64,000 bases of DNA from Lama glama (taxonomy: Eukaryota). Of this stretch, positions 47,985 through 60,365 are shown piece after piece (positions within the stretch are counted from its first letter, which is position 1; every line of letters starts with the position of its first letter). Location: assembly GCA_028534125.1 (NCBI GenBank), contig CM052816.1, positions 96,784,001 to 96,848,000 on the forward strand, read 5' to 3'. Under the pieces are notes generated by a model. That model did no database searches, was not told where the DNA came from, and worked only from the letters and a program-made list of their open reading frames with translations. The position numbers were made by a program, and so were the translations under genes.

Positions 47985-48550
47985 ATTTTATCTCTTCAAA
48001 TATGGCCTCTCTTCCATTCTCCTCTTCTTCTGAAACTCAATGACTCACATAGAAAGATGCGTTAGACCTCTTTGTGGTACCTGATGTGTTGCTTAATCTA
48101 TTATTCGTGTTATTTATTTAGTCCCTGTATGCATTTTATTCTAGATGATTTCCTATTAACTGTATACCACACAAAACTCTTTTTACACATGTTCTTTGAC
48201 TATTTCACTGAGTGTATCTCTCCTAACATTTATTTTTCTAGAAATTCTATTTTGTTCCTTTTCAACATTTTTGTAATAATTTTGACATGTCAGACTTACT
48301 GTGGATGTTCTCAAGCTTTGCTTTTACTTTGTTAAACAGAGTAAGTGATGTTGTTTTACAAGCTGCTTGGTAAATCCAATATACCAAGGCTCTGTAGATC
48401 TGTGCCTTTTGTCTTATGTCTTCTGGTTCTCATTCATGATGCCAGCTTTCCATGTTACTGATCAAAGTCTTTGAAAAATTGTTTGTGGGGGACACCTAAG
48501 ACCTGGTATGAAGGTTCCTTCTTCCAGAATAGAATGCTGCTTGATTCCAT
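47985..48550 (-). mobile_element. Very old L1 (L1ME/HAL1-like) fragment
   Basis: atctcttcaaatatggcctct (antisense EAIFEEI, L1 ORF1-like) and ttctagaaattctattttgttccttttc. Confidence 0.5.
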
Positions 48551-48887
48551 AAGCAAAGTGGAAACAGCCCAAATCCAGGTCAACCTAAAACCAAATTCAA
48601 TACTCAAGGGTCCCTTGTCATGCAACCAGGTGTATCCCATTGCAAATACATATGACCAAATTGTGGTAATGAATTCTTGTTTCATTTTCCTTTATTATGA
48701 TTTGCTTTAAAATCTTATTCTGAAGATAGTTTTGGAAGTGTAGTCTTATCAGTTCAGTATTTTCAAAAACCCTAGTAAATGTCCAGGAAAGCTTACAAAT
48801 AAATCCTGAATTCTTTCCCTTTGTTCTGTTGATTTTGAAGAAATAGCAACCTTCTTACCAGGTGTAGAATCGGATTTGTCACCATAC

Positions 48888-50180
48888 TTTTTTTTTTCTT
48901 TTTTCTTTAGGTTCTTTAAAAAGATCTAATTCACACGCCACAAATTCACCCACTTTCAGCACTCACAGATGTGAGCAATCCTCATCCGAGTCAAATCTTT
49001 CATTACGTCCAGGAAAAACCATGCACCCTCCAGTCATTGCCCCTCACAGCTCCCTCAGCCCTAAGCAACTGCCAAACACTTATTTCAATGGATCCAACCA
49101 TTCTGTGCACTTCACATACATCAAATCACACAACATGTGGTATTTCTCAGCTGCCTCTCTCACATAGTACAATATTTTCAAGGTTAACCCATGATGTAAC
49201 ATGTGCCAGTATTTCATTCCTTTTCATGGCCAGATAATACTCCTTTGTATGGATTTTCTACATTTGCTTATCCGTTATTGTTATTAGTTAACAGTTGATG
49301 GTCATTTGTTTGTTTTTTTTCCCCACCTTTTGAATATGACTACTATAAACACTCAGGTACAAGTTTTTGTGTGGATATATATTTCATTTATCTTGGGTAT
49401 ATAACCAAAGAGTGGAATTGATGGATTGTGTGTTAAATATATGTTTAAACAACTGAGGAACTTACAGATTTTTTTCCAAAGCAATTGCACTATTTACATA
49501 CCCACCAGCTGTGTGTGAGTTCTTGATCTCTCCACATCTTCCCCAACACTTGTTACAACCTGACTTTTTGATCATAGTCATCCTGGTGGGTGTGAAATGG
49601 TATGTTATTGCTGTTTTGGTTTGCATTTCCCTGATGAAAATGATATCAAGCATCTTTTCATGTCCTTATTGGCCAGTTGTGGGTCTTCTGTGGAGACGTG
49701 TCTATTCAGAGCCTTTGCACATTAATAATTGGATTATTTGCCTTTCCATCATCAAGTTTTATGAGTTTTTTAAAATATATTCTAGATACAAGTCTCTCAT
49801 AAGATATATAATTTTCAAATATTTTCTCCATTCTACAGACTGACTTTTTAATTTCTTGATGATATCCTTTGAAGTACAAAATTTTTCATTTTGATGACGT
49901 CCAATATATCAAGTTTTTCTTTTATTGCTGATGATGCTTTTGGTGTTACACCTGAGAATCTATTGTCAAATCCAAAGCCATGAAGATTTACCCCTATCTT
50001 TTATTCTGAGAGTTTATAGTGGAAGCTTTTACATTTAGGTCATTGATTCATTTGGGGTTAATGTTTGTATGTGGTGTGAAGTGAGGCTCCAACTTCACTC
50101 TTCTGTATGCGGCTAACTGGTTGTCCCAGCACCATTAGTTGGAAAGATCATTCTTTCCCCCACTGAATGGCCTGGGCGCC
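48888..50180 (-). mobile_element. L1MB-type LINE-1, 5'-truncated, about 1.3 kb
   Basis: Poly-T at 48888-48908, 3'UTR aattcac...aaattcaccc and antisense ORF2 end (gttgtcccagcaccattagttggaaaga). Confidence 0.9.
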
Positions 50181-50259
50181 TTGGTCAGAGTAATCGCCAT
50201 AGGCCTAAATCTGCGTGAGTGTATGCTGTGTGCTATATGCTATAACATATATTTGCCTG

Positions 50260-50410
50260 TGCCTCCACATTATTTTAAATATTTATATATGAGTTATGTG
50301 TATGTATATATTTATATGAGATTTTTATCTATAGTTATATATATATTAATATTAATATATATATTATATGTTATATATATTTTATATATATATAAATATA
50401 TATATAACTA
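50260..50410. repeat. AT-rich (TA)n low complexity
   Basis: Seen directly. Confidence 0.85.
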
Positions 50411-50732
50411 CACAAATGAGAAAATTCAAAACTTAATATTTTTGAATACATGACTGGTAATTTTATTTACTTGTGATTATCCCCTCGAGTCCTTGAATTC
50501 TCCAAATGGGCAGACAGAATACCTATCACAGCCAGCCCAATCCCAATGTAAAACTGAAGTGTATTTTTTATATGTGATGGAACCCATTAATTCTTGATTT
50601 ATCTACTGTTTTAAATGATGTGAGATCATGTTTTCTTTTTCATTTCCTTTTTTTAAAAATTAAGGTGTTCTTTGACCCAACATTTCTTACTATTTTTTTT
50701 TGACCATTCATTGGCTTCAGAGCATACACTTA

Positions 50733-50758
50733 TAAAAAAAAAAAAAAAAAAAAAAAAA
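50733..50758 (+). repeat. Poly-A run
   Basis: About 26 A. Confidence 0.95.
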
Positions 50759-52869
50759 CTCCTGGTGCTCCCAGCCAGTATGTGCCAGTCAGGGACAAAA
50801 TAGTGCCTGGGAAGCTGGGGAGGAGAGGGCTGTCCTTGCAGTCAACATGAGACGCCTGTCTGGGGTCTGAGCTGGCCTTTGGTAAAAAGGACTCCAGAAT
50901 TTAGGATTAATTTTTGATGTTTAGAATCCAAACAATTCTGAAATATGCTTTTCTCAGAAGAATCTAGAACTCGTGTGACACTCCAGACTGGCTGTTAAGA
51001 ATTATCACCCACCTCCCCGAGCCCATCAGTCTTTCAGGAGGGTGAAATGGGTCCCCTGCTCTACCTGCCGGCTGAAGCAGGTGTCCTAATCCTGAAGACC
51101 ATTTCTAACACCTCCAGGTCCCCGTGTCCCATTTCTGGAAACTTTGCAACAGATTTGCCCGTGGTGTTGGTCACAGACTAAAACTCATTAAGTGCCGTTC
51201 TTTATTTGTTTTGCTTACTGTCGTTTTTGTTGCATACAATTGTAAGAAAGGGAGCATCTGGTTTATCAGAACTCTCACAGCAGCGTGTGTGGTTGAATGC
51301 AATGTTTGATAAGCCAATTTAGTACAGAAGTGATACCCCAAAGGGAATGCTCAAGCCTGCTCCCTGCACTGCCTTCTAAGGAGGATGGGTCCCATCAGTT
51401 GCCAACACCTGGGGACTGAGAAAGTACAGTGTTTTTCTGTCCAGTCGAGGAGCGGGAAGGCAGAGCAGCCGCACGCTCTGTGAAGGCAGAGATGGATGGA
51501 GAGTCTGCTACGGGCCGCTGAGGAGAGTTTGGGGAGTATGTGACTGCCTTTCAGGTCTCCTTCAAGGACAACTCAATGTCCAATGATGGGCTTGTGGCAG
51601 GCAGAAGGCTACCAAGATGGGCACCTCCAAGATCCGCCCTAGCTGTGGACAGTCACCTCTCACTCGAGGGCACATCCTAGCCCGGAGCCGCAGCTGGAGA
51701 CCAGGGGCGCCCTGGCCCTGCCAGTGTGACCCAGGATGCCCTGCTGGGCACCATTTTCTCCAGAGTTTCCTCCAGGTTAGAGGAGGCTCTGTCAGTTTCG
51801 CATTGCAAGTTCAACCCATTACAGTCACCAGTAGCTCTTTGCACCAATCTAGGTTTTTGTCTTGTTTCATTAAAATTGCCAAAGCAGGGTCTCTGGACAC
51901 CTGCAATATTTGGCACTTGGGCAATGGGCTCTGAAATAGACTTCACTTTCTGAAGGCATCACTCGAAGGGTGATATGGAAAGAGGGTAAAAATAAATCAC
52001 TCGCCTTTGGGCACAGTGGAAGCTCTCAGGATGAAGGCAATCTTTGGAGAGTTTTTGTTCTCAGCTCAGAATTTAAACTCAAACCTGTAGTTCTGGGGGC
52101 CAATAACTAACTTTCAGTGGTTATTGAAAGGGGCAGGCGTCAGTGGCAATGCAAGTGGAAATGAAACAGATAGGAGATGTGAGGGTCTCATTTTCCTGCC
52201 CGAGTAATCCATCTTCTGAAAAACAACGGAGATTAAATTTTCAAAGGTTTTTAGGCAGCAAGGAAAATGAAAAATAAATCACATTTTGGTGGCTTATGGA
52301 GTTCCGGGGCAAAGACATTTCCATATCTGTATAATTATAAATTCATTTTGACATTATTTTTTAAATTAGTATTGTGCTGTAAAAAAATTGTGATAGTGTG
52401 TGTTCTTTGTTAGCATTTTATAGCATAAATATTGACATTTGTAACACTTTCACAAAGCATAAAATGCCCACAAAATATTTAATGCTTCAGGGTAAAGGGT
52501 ATTTAATTATACTCTACTGCAAGGTTAACCCCTGCCCTTTTCATTTATAAATATTCATTTCTTTTTAATCTTCTTCACATTGGCTTTCACGGGGCTAGAG
52601 GATATAAAATTGTTTTTTGGTAATTTGGGTCCAGATAATGCTACTAGCAGGTGGGTGTGGGGAGGAAAGGAAATGGAAGGTGGGAGTGTGTTTCCCTTCA
52701 AAGGGGATTTTGCTCATCGGAAGCTGGGATGACTGGGGACGGCCTGGTGTGCTCAGGCGAGAGAGTGATGAAGAGGTGCGGGGCTGCACCGGGGCCCTGC
52801 ACAGTCGCACTACGCATCACATGTGTATATTTTTCGAATCATTTCTAGTATTTGTGTGATGACTTGCAT

Positions 52870-53262
52870 CTTATATTCATTTGTTAGGGCTGCCATGACA
52901 AAATACCACAGACAGGGGGCGCATAAATAACCGAACTTCATGCGCTCACAGCTGTAGAGGCCGGAAGTACAAGATCAAGGTGCTGGCGGGTCTGGGTCCC
53001 CTCCGACCTCTCTCCTAGGCGCGTGGATGCGGCTTTCTCGCTGTGACGTCACATGGTCTTTCTTCTGCGCATGCGTCCCTGGTCTCTCTTGGTTTAGATT
53101 CCTCTCCTGGTAAGGACGTCAGTCAGACTGGATTAGGACTCACCCTAACAGCCTCATTTTAACTTAACTTAATCATCTCCATAATGTCCCGGCTCCAAAT
53201 ACAGTCCTGGGGGTTAAAGCATCAGTACATGAAAGCTAGGAGCCGCGATGTAGTTCATAACA
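52870..53262 (-). mobile_element. MLT1A/B-type MaLR solo LTR
   Basis: tagggctgccatgacaaataccacagac...aagatcaaggtgctggc...aaggacgtcagtcagactggattagg...cataaca. Confidence 0.85.
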
Positions 53263-54056
53263 CATCTCATCATCTTTCCCCTTCACCTTGTGTCATTTGA
53301 CTCCAGTAGCACACGTGCAGAGTAGATCTTATCCTCCCAACTTTCAGACGAGGAGACGGATCAGAGAAGTCAGAACCCTGTGTAAGGGAACTCAGGACCT
53401 GTGACTTACACCCACAGCAGCCCTGAGCTGCCTCGGAAAAGGCTCAGTCACCTGCCGCTGGAACAAGTCCAGGCTGTAGTAAGCCGTTTTCTAGCTCCCT
53501 CAGGAGGGCCTTGCGAGGACCTCTCCTCTGGGGCCGGGGAGAAGGGACAGTGACCCTAAAAGACTTTGTTTTAAGTAAATGCTGCATTTACTCACAGTGG
53601 ATGAACATCCTTGTTTTGCATTGAAACTTGTCCCTTTTGCTTCCCTCCTTAAGCTTTATAATTTAGTTTGGAAGAATAAAGTAAAAGGAGGGTAGGAGGA
53701 AGATGGCACGTAAAAGGCCAGAGACTGCGTACTTCCTTCTCAGTGGGATGAATCCCACTCAAGAGGACACCGGCTGTATTTTATTTTGCCAATAAATAGA
53801 ACCAATGAGCTTTGGTTTTCGCTATTATCTGGGACTCCTCTTTTTCTAGCATGGCAAGGGAGATTTTTTTTTTTTCACATAATCACATAAATCTAATTTC
53901 TGAAATTCTTTATCTCCAACATTTTTTCTGCCTTATCTACACCAACCCTGCCATGAGTCACCATGTATACATATTTTATTTTTTCCTACAGCTTGCTATT
54001 TATCACTTGACCCTAGAAAATTTCTTTCTGTGCTTGAAGGAAAAAAACTGAATGCC

Positions 54057-54082
<26 letters not shown>
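54057..54082 (+). repeat. (GA)n microsatellite
   Basis: Seen directly. Confidence 0.95.
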
Positions 54083-54087
<5 letters not shown>

Positions 54088-54741
54088 AGGAGTTGAAAGA
54101 GCCCCCCATAGCCCCAGGTCTACTTCTTCAAGTCTCAAGATCGCGTTTGCTTCCTTTATTTCCTTGTCTCTGGGTTGAGGGTCACTCCATCCAGTTCAGT
54201 TACTTCCATAGTCAGTTTCTCTCCTGACTTTTCATGGTGTGGTGTACTTACTTCATATGGATAAATACTTATCATGGTCATTGGCCAGTGGCATTTTTCA
54301 TGAGAAAATGAGGAAGCCAAAGATGCCTGAAAGACATGAGAGTTAGGATTAATCCATTCAACAATGAGTTGCCACCATGTTCATCATGGGGAGATGACAA
54401 GAGCCTGGAACATGTGGGAGAGGAGGGTTTGGGACAGAGAGGAGGACCCTTGACATGTCACACCTGAGCAAAGACTTTAAGCTCTGCTCTTACCTGCAAA
54501 TTAGATAGATAGAGAGATAGATATAGATAGATTCTATATGTGTGTATGGCTTTGTATGTTTGAATTATACTTTTATAAACTTATTTGAAAATATATCTAT
54601 TTTTGATGAACCAGAAGCCTCAAACATGTAAAGTTTTCTATATTCTAGTACAACAAAATATCAATTTATCTAAAAAAATCTTTATCCAAATCCTCACATA
54701 AGTTGATATATTCAAAACGCAATTATAAGATTAAAATTACA

Positions 54742-55425
54742 CAGGCACGCCTCATTGTGCTGTGCTTTATTTTATTGCCCTTTGTAGATACTGCTTTTTT
54801 TCTTTTTTCCTAAATGAAGGTTTGTGGTAACTCTGTGTCAAGCAAATTTATCGGTACCATTTTTCCAACAGCATTTGCTCACTTCGTATCTCTGTGTCAC
54901 ATTTCGGTAATTCTCGGGATATTTCAAACTTTAAATTATTATTGCATTTGTGTGGTGATCTGTGGTCGGTGACGTTTGGTGTTGGGATTGTAATTGTTTG
55001 GGGGCCCATGAACCACACCCATATAAGATGGCAAACTTAATAAATGTCGTGTGTGTTCTGACTGCTCCACCAACAGGCCATTCCCCCACCCTTTCTCCCT
55101 CCCCTCCAGCCTCCCTATCCTCTGAGACACTAATAACATTGAAAGGAGGTCAATTAATAACCCTACAAACGCCTCTAAGTGTTCAAGTGAAAGCAGGAAT
55201 CAGTCGTCTCTCACTTTAAACCAAAAGCTAGCCCTGATTAAGCTTCGTGAGGAAGGCCTGGTGAAGTCTGAGTCGGGCTGGAAGCCGGGCCTCTAGTGCC
55301 GGACAGCTGGTCCAGTTGTGATCAGGTTGTGGATGCAAAGGAAGAGTTCTAGAAGGAAATTAAAAGTGCTACTCAGTGGACCCACGATGATAAGAGAGAA
55401 AACAGCCTTCCTGCTGATGTGGAGG
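54742..55425 (+). mobile_element. Tigger1 5' portion
   Basis: caggcacgcctc...ttgtggtaactctgtgtcaagcaa...gattaagcttcgtgaggaaggc...aaggaaattaaaagtgctactc. Confidence 0.9.
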
Positions 55426-56079
55426 CGGCGGAGCACCTCATGAAGCCTGCAGTGACGTGACCTTCTGAGACCAGGCTTGCGTCTCGCTCCCGTATTTACC
55501 TCCACGCGCCCAGAACACAACAGACGGGCCACAGCCGCTTCTGAAGGGATGAATAAAGGAACCCACCGGAGGTATGTTTTATAGGCACAAGCCATGTGAG
55601 TTTGTGTGAGTTTATGCCCTTTGCATCCTGGTAAAGAGCGAGTGAACCCTCCCCCTCCCCGATCAGGTGCTGGCCCACCCTGTCCGCAGGGACACCAGGC
55701 AGAGGGGCCTTCCCAGCCCCGAACGTGCTCCCACCGCGGGCATCATGCCGAGTGTAGGGAGGGTTCTGTCACTGCTCCGTGCGAACCCCTGCTCTCAAGA
55801 GGGGCAGATGGGAATGCGATGAGCTCAGGAGCAGGACAGCTGCAGGAATAAGGGCTGCATGGGGAGAAGCACCCCAGGACAGCCTACCCCGCGCCTGCCA
55901 CAGTCACACAGACGGACAGACAGACACCCTGCACTCCACGCCGTCTTGGGTCCCAGCGCCCTGTGGGCTGGTCCTCTGAGCGCTCCTGAGACACAGAGGG
56001 CCGTGCCCAGGGGCTGCACTGGGGCCACCTGCACCTGTCCTGCCGGTGCTGGAGGGGGACTGTCCCCAGGCCAGCTCAT

Positions 56080-56400
56080 CCACACATACACACACACACA
56101 TGCCACGTTCACCCACCACATACACACTCACACACTTACTACCCACCACACACATACACACTACACACCACATACACATCACACACACACACCACACATA
56201 CACATACCACATACACCCACACACCCCCACATACACACCACACACTTGCTACCCACCACACACACGTACAAACTACATACCATGTACACATCACACACAC
56301 ACACCATACACTTACTACGTACCACACCCCACATACACACACTACACACATACCACATAGATATACCACACATTACACACACACACAACACCCTGCACAC
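56080..56400 (+). repeat. CA-rich degenerate microsatellite / low-complexity array
   Basis: Mixed CACAC/CATAC units, with a repeated acacacttactacccaccacacac-like unit. Confidence 0.95.
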
Positions 56401-57745
56401 ATTCTTTGGGAGGATGAAGTGAGTGAAAGGTATAAGAAAAGACCAATTTTTTAACCTTAAACCTGCAGCTTTATAATAATTTATTTCAGAAAGAGTTTTA
56501 CTCGCCAATAATTATCACAAATTACACTGAGGAAAACAGTAAATAATTTTGATCAAAACCAGATATTTCATCCTTTCTAAACAAAGCATATATTTTGTGA
56601 TACAAAAAAAATAATAAAATCTACTCGGGTTCTTTTCCCCTCTGCTGACTTTAAAAGACAAACAGCTTTTGTGATGGTAAATTTCCCCTGTGAGACCTCA
56701 ACTGTGTCTCAGCGCATGTAAATGCTCCTCCGATTTCTCTAAGTTCCATAAAAATGTGACAAGGCACTCTCCTTTCCTTGGAGCTCAGATTTTTTCATGC
56801 TTTCCCCAGGTGGGGATAAAAGAGAACAGGCTTAGGAGAAGCGATTTCAGGGACATTTATCCTGACAGGGAGGACTGAAGATTATTAAGCTGCGTGTTCA
56901 AATGTTCAAAGTTTCTGCAAACACGGGCCACAAACCTGTCACCTGCCATCGTTCAGAAGGTGAACAGGTGAACATTAGAAACCATCATACAGGAAAGAGT
57001 AATCGTCCTTCTCTGCACATCACCTGGTGTGAGCATCACCCTGGCCGAAGGACCACGAGGAAGGCAACATGAAAGCGATCAAATGTGTCCCACAGCTCAA
57101 AACCAGCTGCCAGGCAACCAGCGCAAATAGGACCCACATCTTCCAGCTCTAGGGAGAAACAAATTATTCTACAGCTCATTCAAAGCCTCTTTCTGAACTC
57201 CTGGGAGTCTAGAGTAGAAGCAATTTTGAATCATTAGTCGTAATCATTCAGAAAAAGGGCGCAAGCTGGATCTGCCCTGCCCCCGGCGCCTGTGGCTGTG
57301 CGACAGACAGCAGACGCGCTGGGGCCGGCGGCGAGGCTGCGGGGAGCAGCAATGATGTTTTCTGCCGCTGACGTTTGTTAAAAGCTTTCAATCCCTCTAT
57401 TTATCAGAAATGTTCCCCAGTTATGTTGACAGAACTCTGAAAGGTACAGAAAAACTGCAGCCTGCCTCTGAGAACTCTCAGAAGCTAGTGTGCGTGTTTG
57501 GGGAGGAAGACCCCAAATATGACCAAAGTCCCTGAGAGGATCTGAGAGGGGACGTCTCATGCTGCATCCGGTCTGGGGGAGGAGGAGCCCTCAGGATTTT
57601 TCCTTCTTCATTATCTTTTGCCCCCAAGAACGCCAGGGTTCCCCCCCCCCCGGGGCAGAGGGCCTGCTGAGACCTGGCCAGGCATCCAAAGGCACCAGGG
57701 CCCTGGGCTCCTCCCCTCCTCTTGGATGTGTCCCCAGAACGGCTG

Positions 57746-58090
57746 TGTAGACTGAAATAAAATCACACGATGTGAGAGCAGCGGGTTAAGTTTTATTTGG
57801 GGCAAAATGAGGTCTCTAGCCCGGGACAGCATCTCAGAGAGCTCTGAGGAACTGCTCCGAAGTGGCAGGGGAAGGTCAGTGTCATGTCTGATTCCAGTGA
57901 AGGGGACGTGCAGTCAAGCACGCGTCTAGGGAGAGGCTGCTGCTGGTCACGAGGAGCAGGTGTCATGCCTAATGATTTCAGTGCCTTTGGGAGACTCAAG
58001 AATTTGGGGTCATAAAATCTTCTCCCGAAAATATCTATCTGAGGGCCTGTTCAGCCAGTTTTCCCAGAGCACAGAGCACCTCCCGAAGAG
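57746..58090 (-). mobile_element. ERV1 LTR (related to the 42662-43441 LTR), opposite orientation
   Basis: The minus strand ends cctcagagctctctgagatgctgtcccgggc...ccccaaataaaacttaac...tttcagtctaca. Confidence 0.8.
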
Positions 58091-58406
58091 ACAGATGGCA
58101 GTGCCAATTTTTAGTTGGCAGCTACTTCCCCCCAACCACTAAATCCTCAGCTTTTGAAGGGGATCTGAAGTGCAGACACAGGGTCCAGTTGTCTGATAGC
58201 TGTCGGAATTCCTGGAGTTGATTTTGTTCAGGGGGTGCCAGTGCAGATGTCTCATTTACCTTGCAGATGACAAACCATGAAATAATTATTTTCAGATACA
58301 CTTAGTTGCCCTCCTAGGTCCCTTGCTGGAGATGGATGTCTTCTTCAGAGTCCTGGCTTCATGTCCATGAAACCCAAGCAGAAACCCAAGACAAGAGATT
58401 TACCTG

Positions 58407-59121
58407 GGAAATGGAGTTTGGTGCAGCCAAGATGAAAAACAGTATGGAGATTCCTCAAAAAACTAGAAATAGACTTACCATATGATTGAGCATCCCATTC
58501 TTGGGCATATATCTGGAAGGAACTGTAATTTAAACAGACACCCCAGTGTTCATAGCAGCACTGTTTACAACAGCCAAGCCATGGAAACAACCTAAATGTT
58601 CACCAACAGAAATTGTGGTATATTTATACAATGGAATATTACTCAGCGATTAAAAAGAATAAAATAATGCTATTTGCAGCAACATGGATGGATCTGGAGA
58701 TCATCATTCTAAGTGAAGTAAGTGAGAAAGAGAAAAAAATGCTATATGATATCACTTATGTGGAATCTAAAAATATGAGATAAATGAATTTATTTACAAA
58801 CCAGAAACAGACTTATAGACATGGTAAGCAAACTTATGGTTACCAGGGGAAAGGGAATGGGAAGGGATAAATTAGGAGTTCGAGAATTGTAAATATTAAC
58901 TACTACATATAAAATAGATTAAAAAAATTTCTCCTGTATAGCACAGAGAACTATAATCAGTATCTTATAGGAACATATAATGAAAAAGAATATGAAAATG
59001 AATATTTGTACGTGTGTATATAACTGAAAGATTATGCTGGTACACCAGAAATTGACATTGTCACTGACTATACTTCAATAAAAAATTAATTAATTAATTA
59101 AATCACACGAAAAAAAAAAAA
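58407..59121 (+). mobile_element. Relatively young L1 3' end with poly-A tail and probable target-site duplication
   Basis: ORF2 end (aaaacagtatggagattcctcaaaaaactag), 3'UTR ctgtatagcacagagaactata, AATAAA and A-tail, flanked by agagatttacctg / agagactcacctg. Confidence 0.92.
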
Positions 59122-59741
59122 AGAGAGAGAGAGAGACTCACCTGTCTCATGTCATGTTCCCGTGCTCCTTCTCCTTGCCAGGACACCTGCTCTGGGTACC
59201 AAAGTAATGTCCCTACCTTATTACTTAGAATAATTACTGGTTGCACCATCTCAGTATTTGGAACCATCTTTCTTTTGTAACTACTGTCCTTTCAGCCAAT
59301 GAGAACGGAGCTATGAACGCAGGAGACCGTCGTGTCAGTCCCTTTGTTAGGACTCTCCTCCTCCACGTCTAGCACATTCCATGGGCCTCCATCCTGCCAG
59401 CACTACTGGATGTCTTGTGAACTCTATTTTCCTTATCGCTCGGCAATGTGAGCAGAATTTAAAATAAGCTTAATAAAATGAGAGATCTTGTCTCAAAAAT
59501 GGTATCATTTTCCTTGGTGGAAAGATACAATAGAATAGAAATTAGGTTGACAAAATTAATTTCTTCATTGGCCGTTTCATAAGATTGTAGAATCCCAGCA
59601 TGTAAAATGGATGTTTTAATGGAATTAAAACCTATGATTTATCAGATGGTGAATATCAAACCCAACAGCTCATTTTCAAAGTGAACAACTGAAAACTACA
59701 TAGAAGACACTTTAAAGCCACATTGTGGGTGTTTTTTTAAG

Positions 59742-60365
59742 GGCCACTTTAAGAGTTGGAGAACACAGGGGGATTTCGGCATGGATGGGTGCCCTCCAGG
59801 CGAGAAGAGTGGTGAGCTTCCATCCTCCCCTCCATCAGGAGAGAACTGCTGGAGCGAATCTCTATGGAGACCTTCAGCTGCATCCCCCGCAGGGGAGGGA
59901 CCAGTGAAGTGGTGCACAGCTCCAGCCGTGCAAGTCCCTGGGGCATGGGCCAGCTGAAGACCCCACTCATCCCCGGCCAGCGCGAGCCTTTGCTCTGTGC
60001 CTTGGGACCTGCTATGTTCCAGTGTAGGACCAGGGCAAAAGATGCTTGAGAGTTTCCGGAGTAGCAGCCCGGGGGCTCGGAGGAGAAAAAGAGGTGTGGG
60101 GTTATCTCAGCTTCCCGGGTGGTGCCTCACAGATGTGCAGACCATAGGAAGCTGGCCTGGGGTCCCCCCTCTGAACTGGCCACCCTCGGGTTTCATGCAC
60201 CTGGTAGGATGGCCCACTTCCCTGCGCCGCTCCTGCAAAGCCTGTGCCAACAGCTCACCCACCGCCCAGGGATCCTGGCCGGGATGGAGCCGTATCCCTC
60301 CCACCCCCCTGCTTTTCACCTGCCGCTGCCGCTGAACTGATGCAGGGAGATGCAGCGCATCCGGG
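59742..60365 (+). pseudogene. Decayed coding exon of an unidentified plus-strand gene
   Basis: tttttttaag| acceptor and GGG|gtgagt donor. One frame has vertebrate high-GC3 codons for about 160 codons with two internal stops (RELLERISMETFSCIPRR...ELATLGFHAPGRMAHFPAPLLQSLCQQL). Confidence 0.5.

Larger units (their letters stand above)
47690..50210 (-). pseudogene. Large pseudo-exon split by two L1 insertions (LGLWRLL*P / KYGDKSDSTPGKKVAISSKSTEQRERIQDLFVSFPGHLLGFLKILN...FITTIWSYVFAMGYTWLHDKGPLSIEFGFRLTWIW / DLIVKLLLDLKDALPGGGLF)
   Basis: cactcacgcag| acceptor at 50211-50212; the peptide resumes on the far side of each L1. Confidence 0.6.
1..52100 (-). pseudogene. Giant multi-exon unprocessed (candidate unitary) pseudogene of an unidentified large protein
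   Basis: More than 30 minus-strand segments are bounded by polypyrimidine-AG and GT(R)AG-like sites and translate into globular-looking peptides with scattered stops. Splice phases match along long chains, e.g. 46685>46346>46148, 44794>44578>42472>40176, 39486>39058>38388>37459, 34355>33469>31177>31026 and 26858>26602>24331>23299. The 5' limit is approximate and the 3' end may run off the window. Confidence 0.85.

Noticed and set aside
49462..49843. ORFs resembling a protein C-terminus
   Set aside because: Part of L1 ORF2, in sense and antisense.
55859..56508. His/Thr-rich and Cys/Val-rich ORFs
   Set aside because: Translations of a CA-rich microsatellite.
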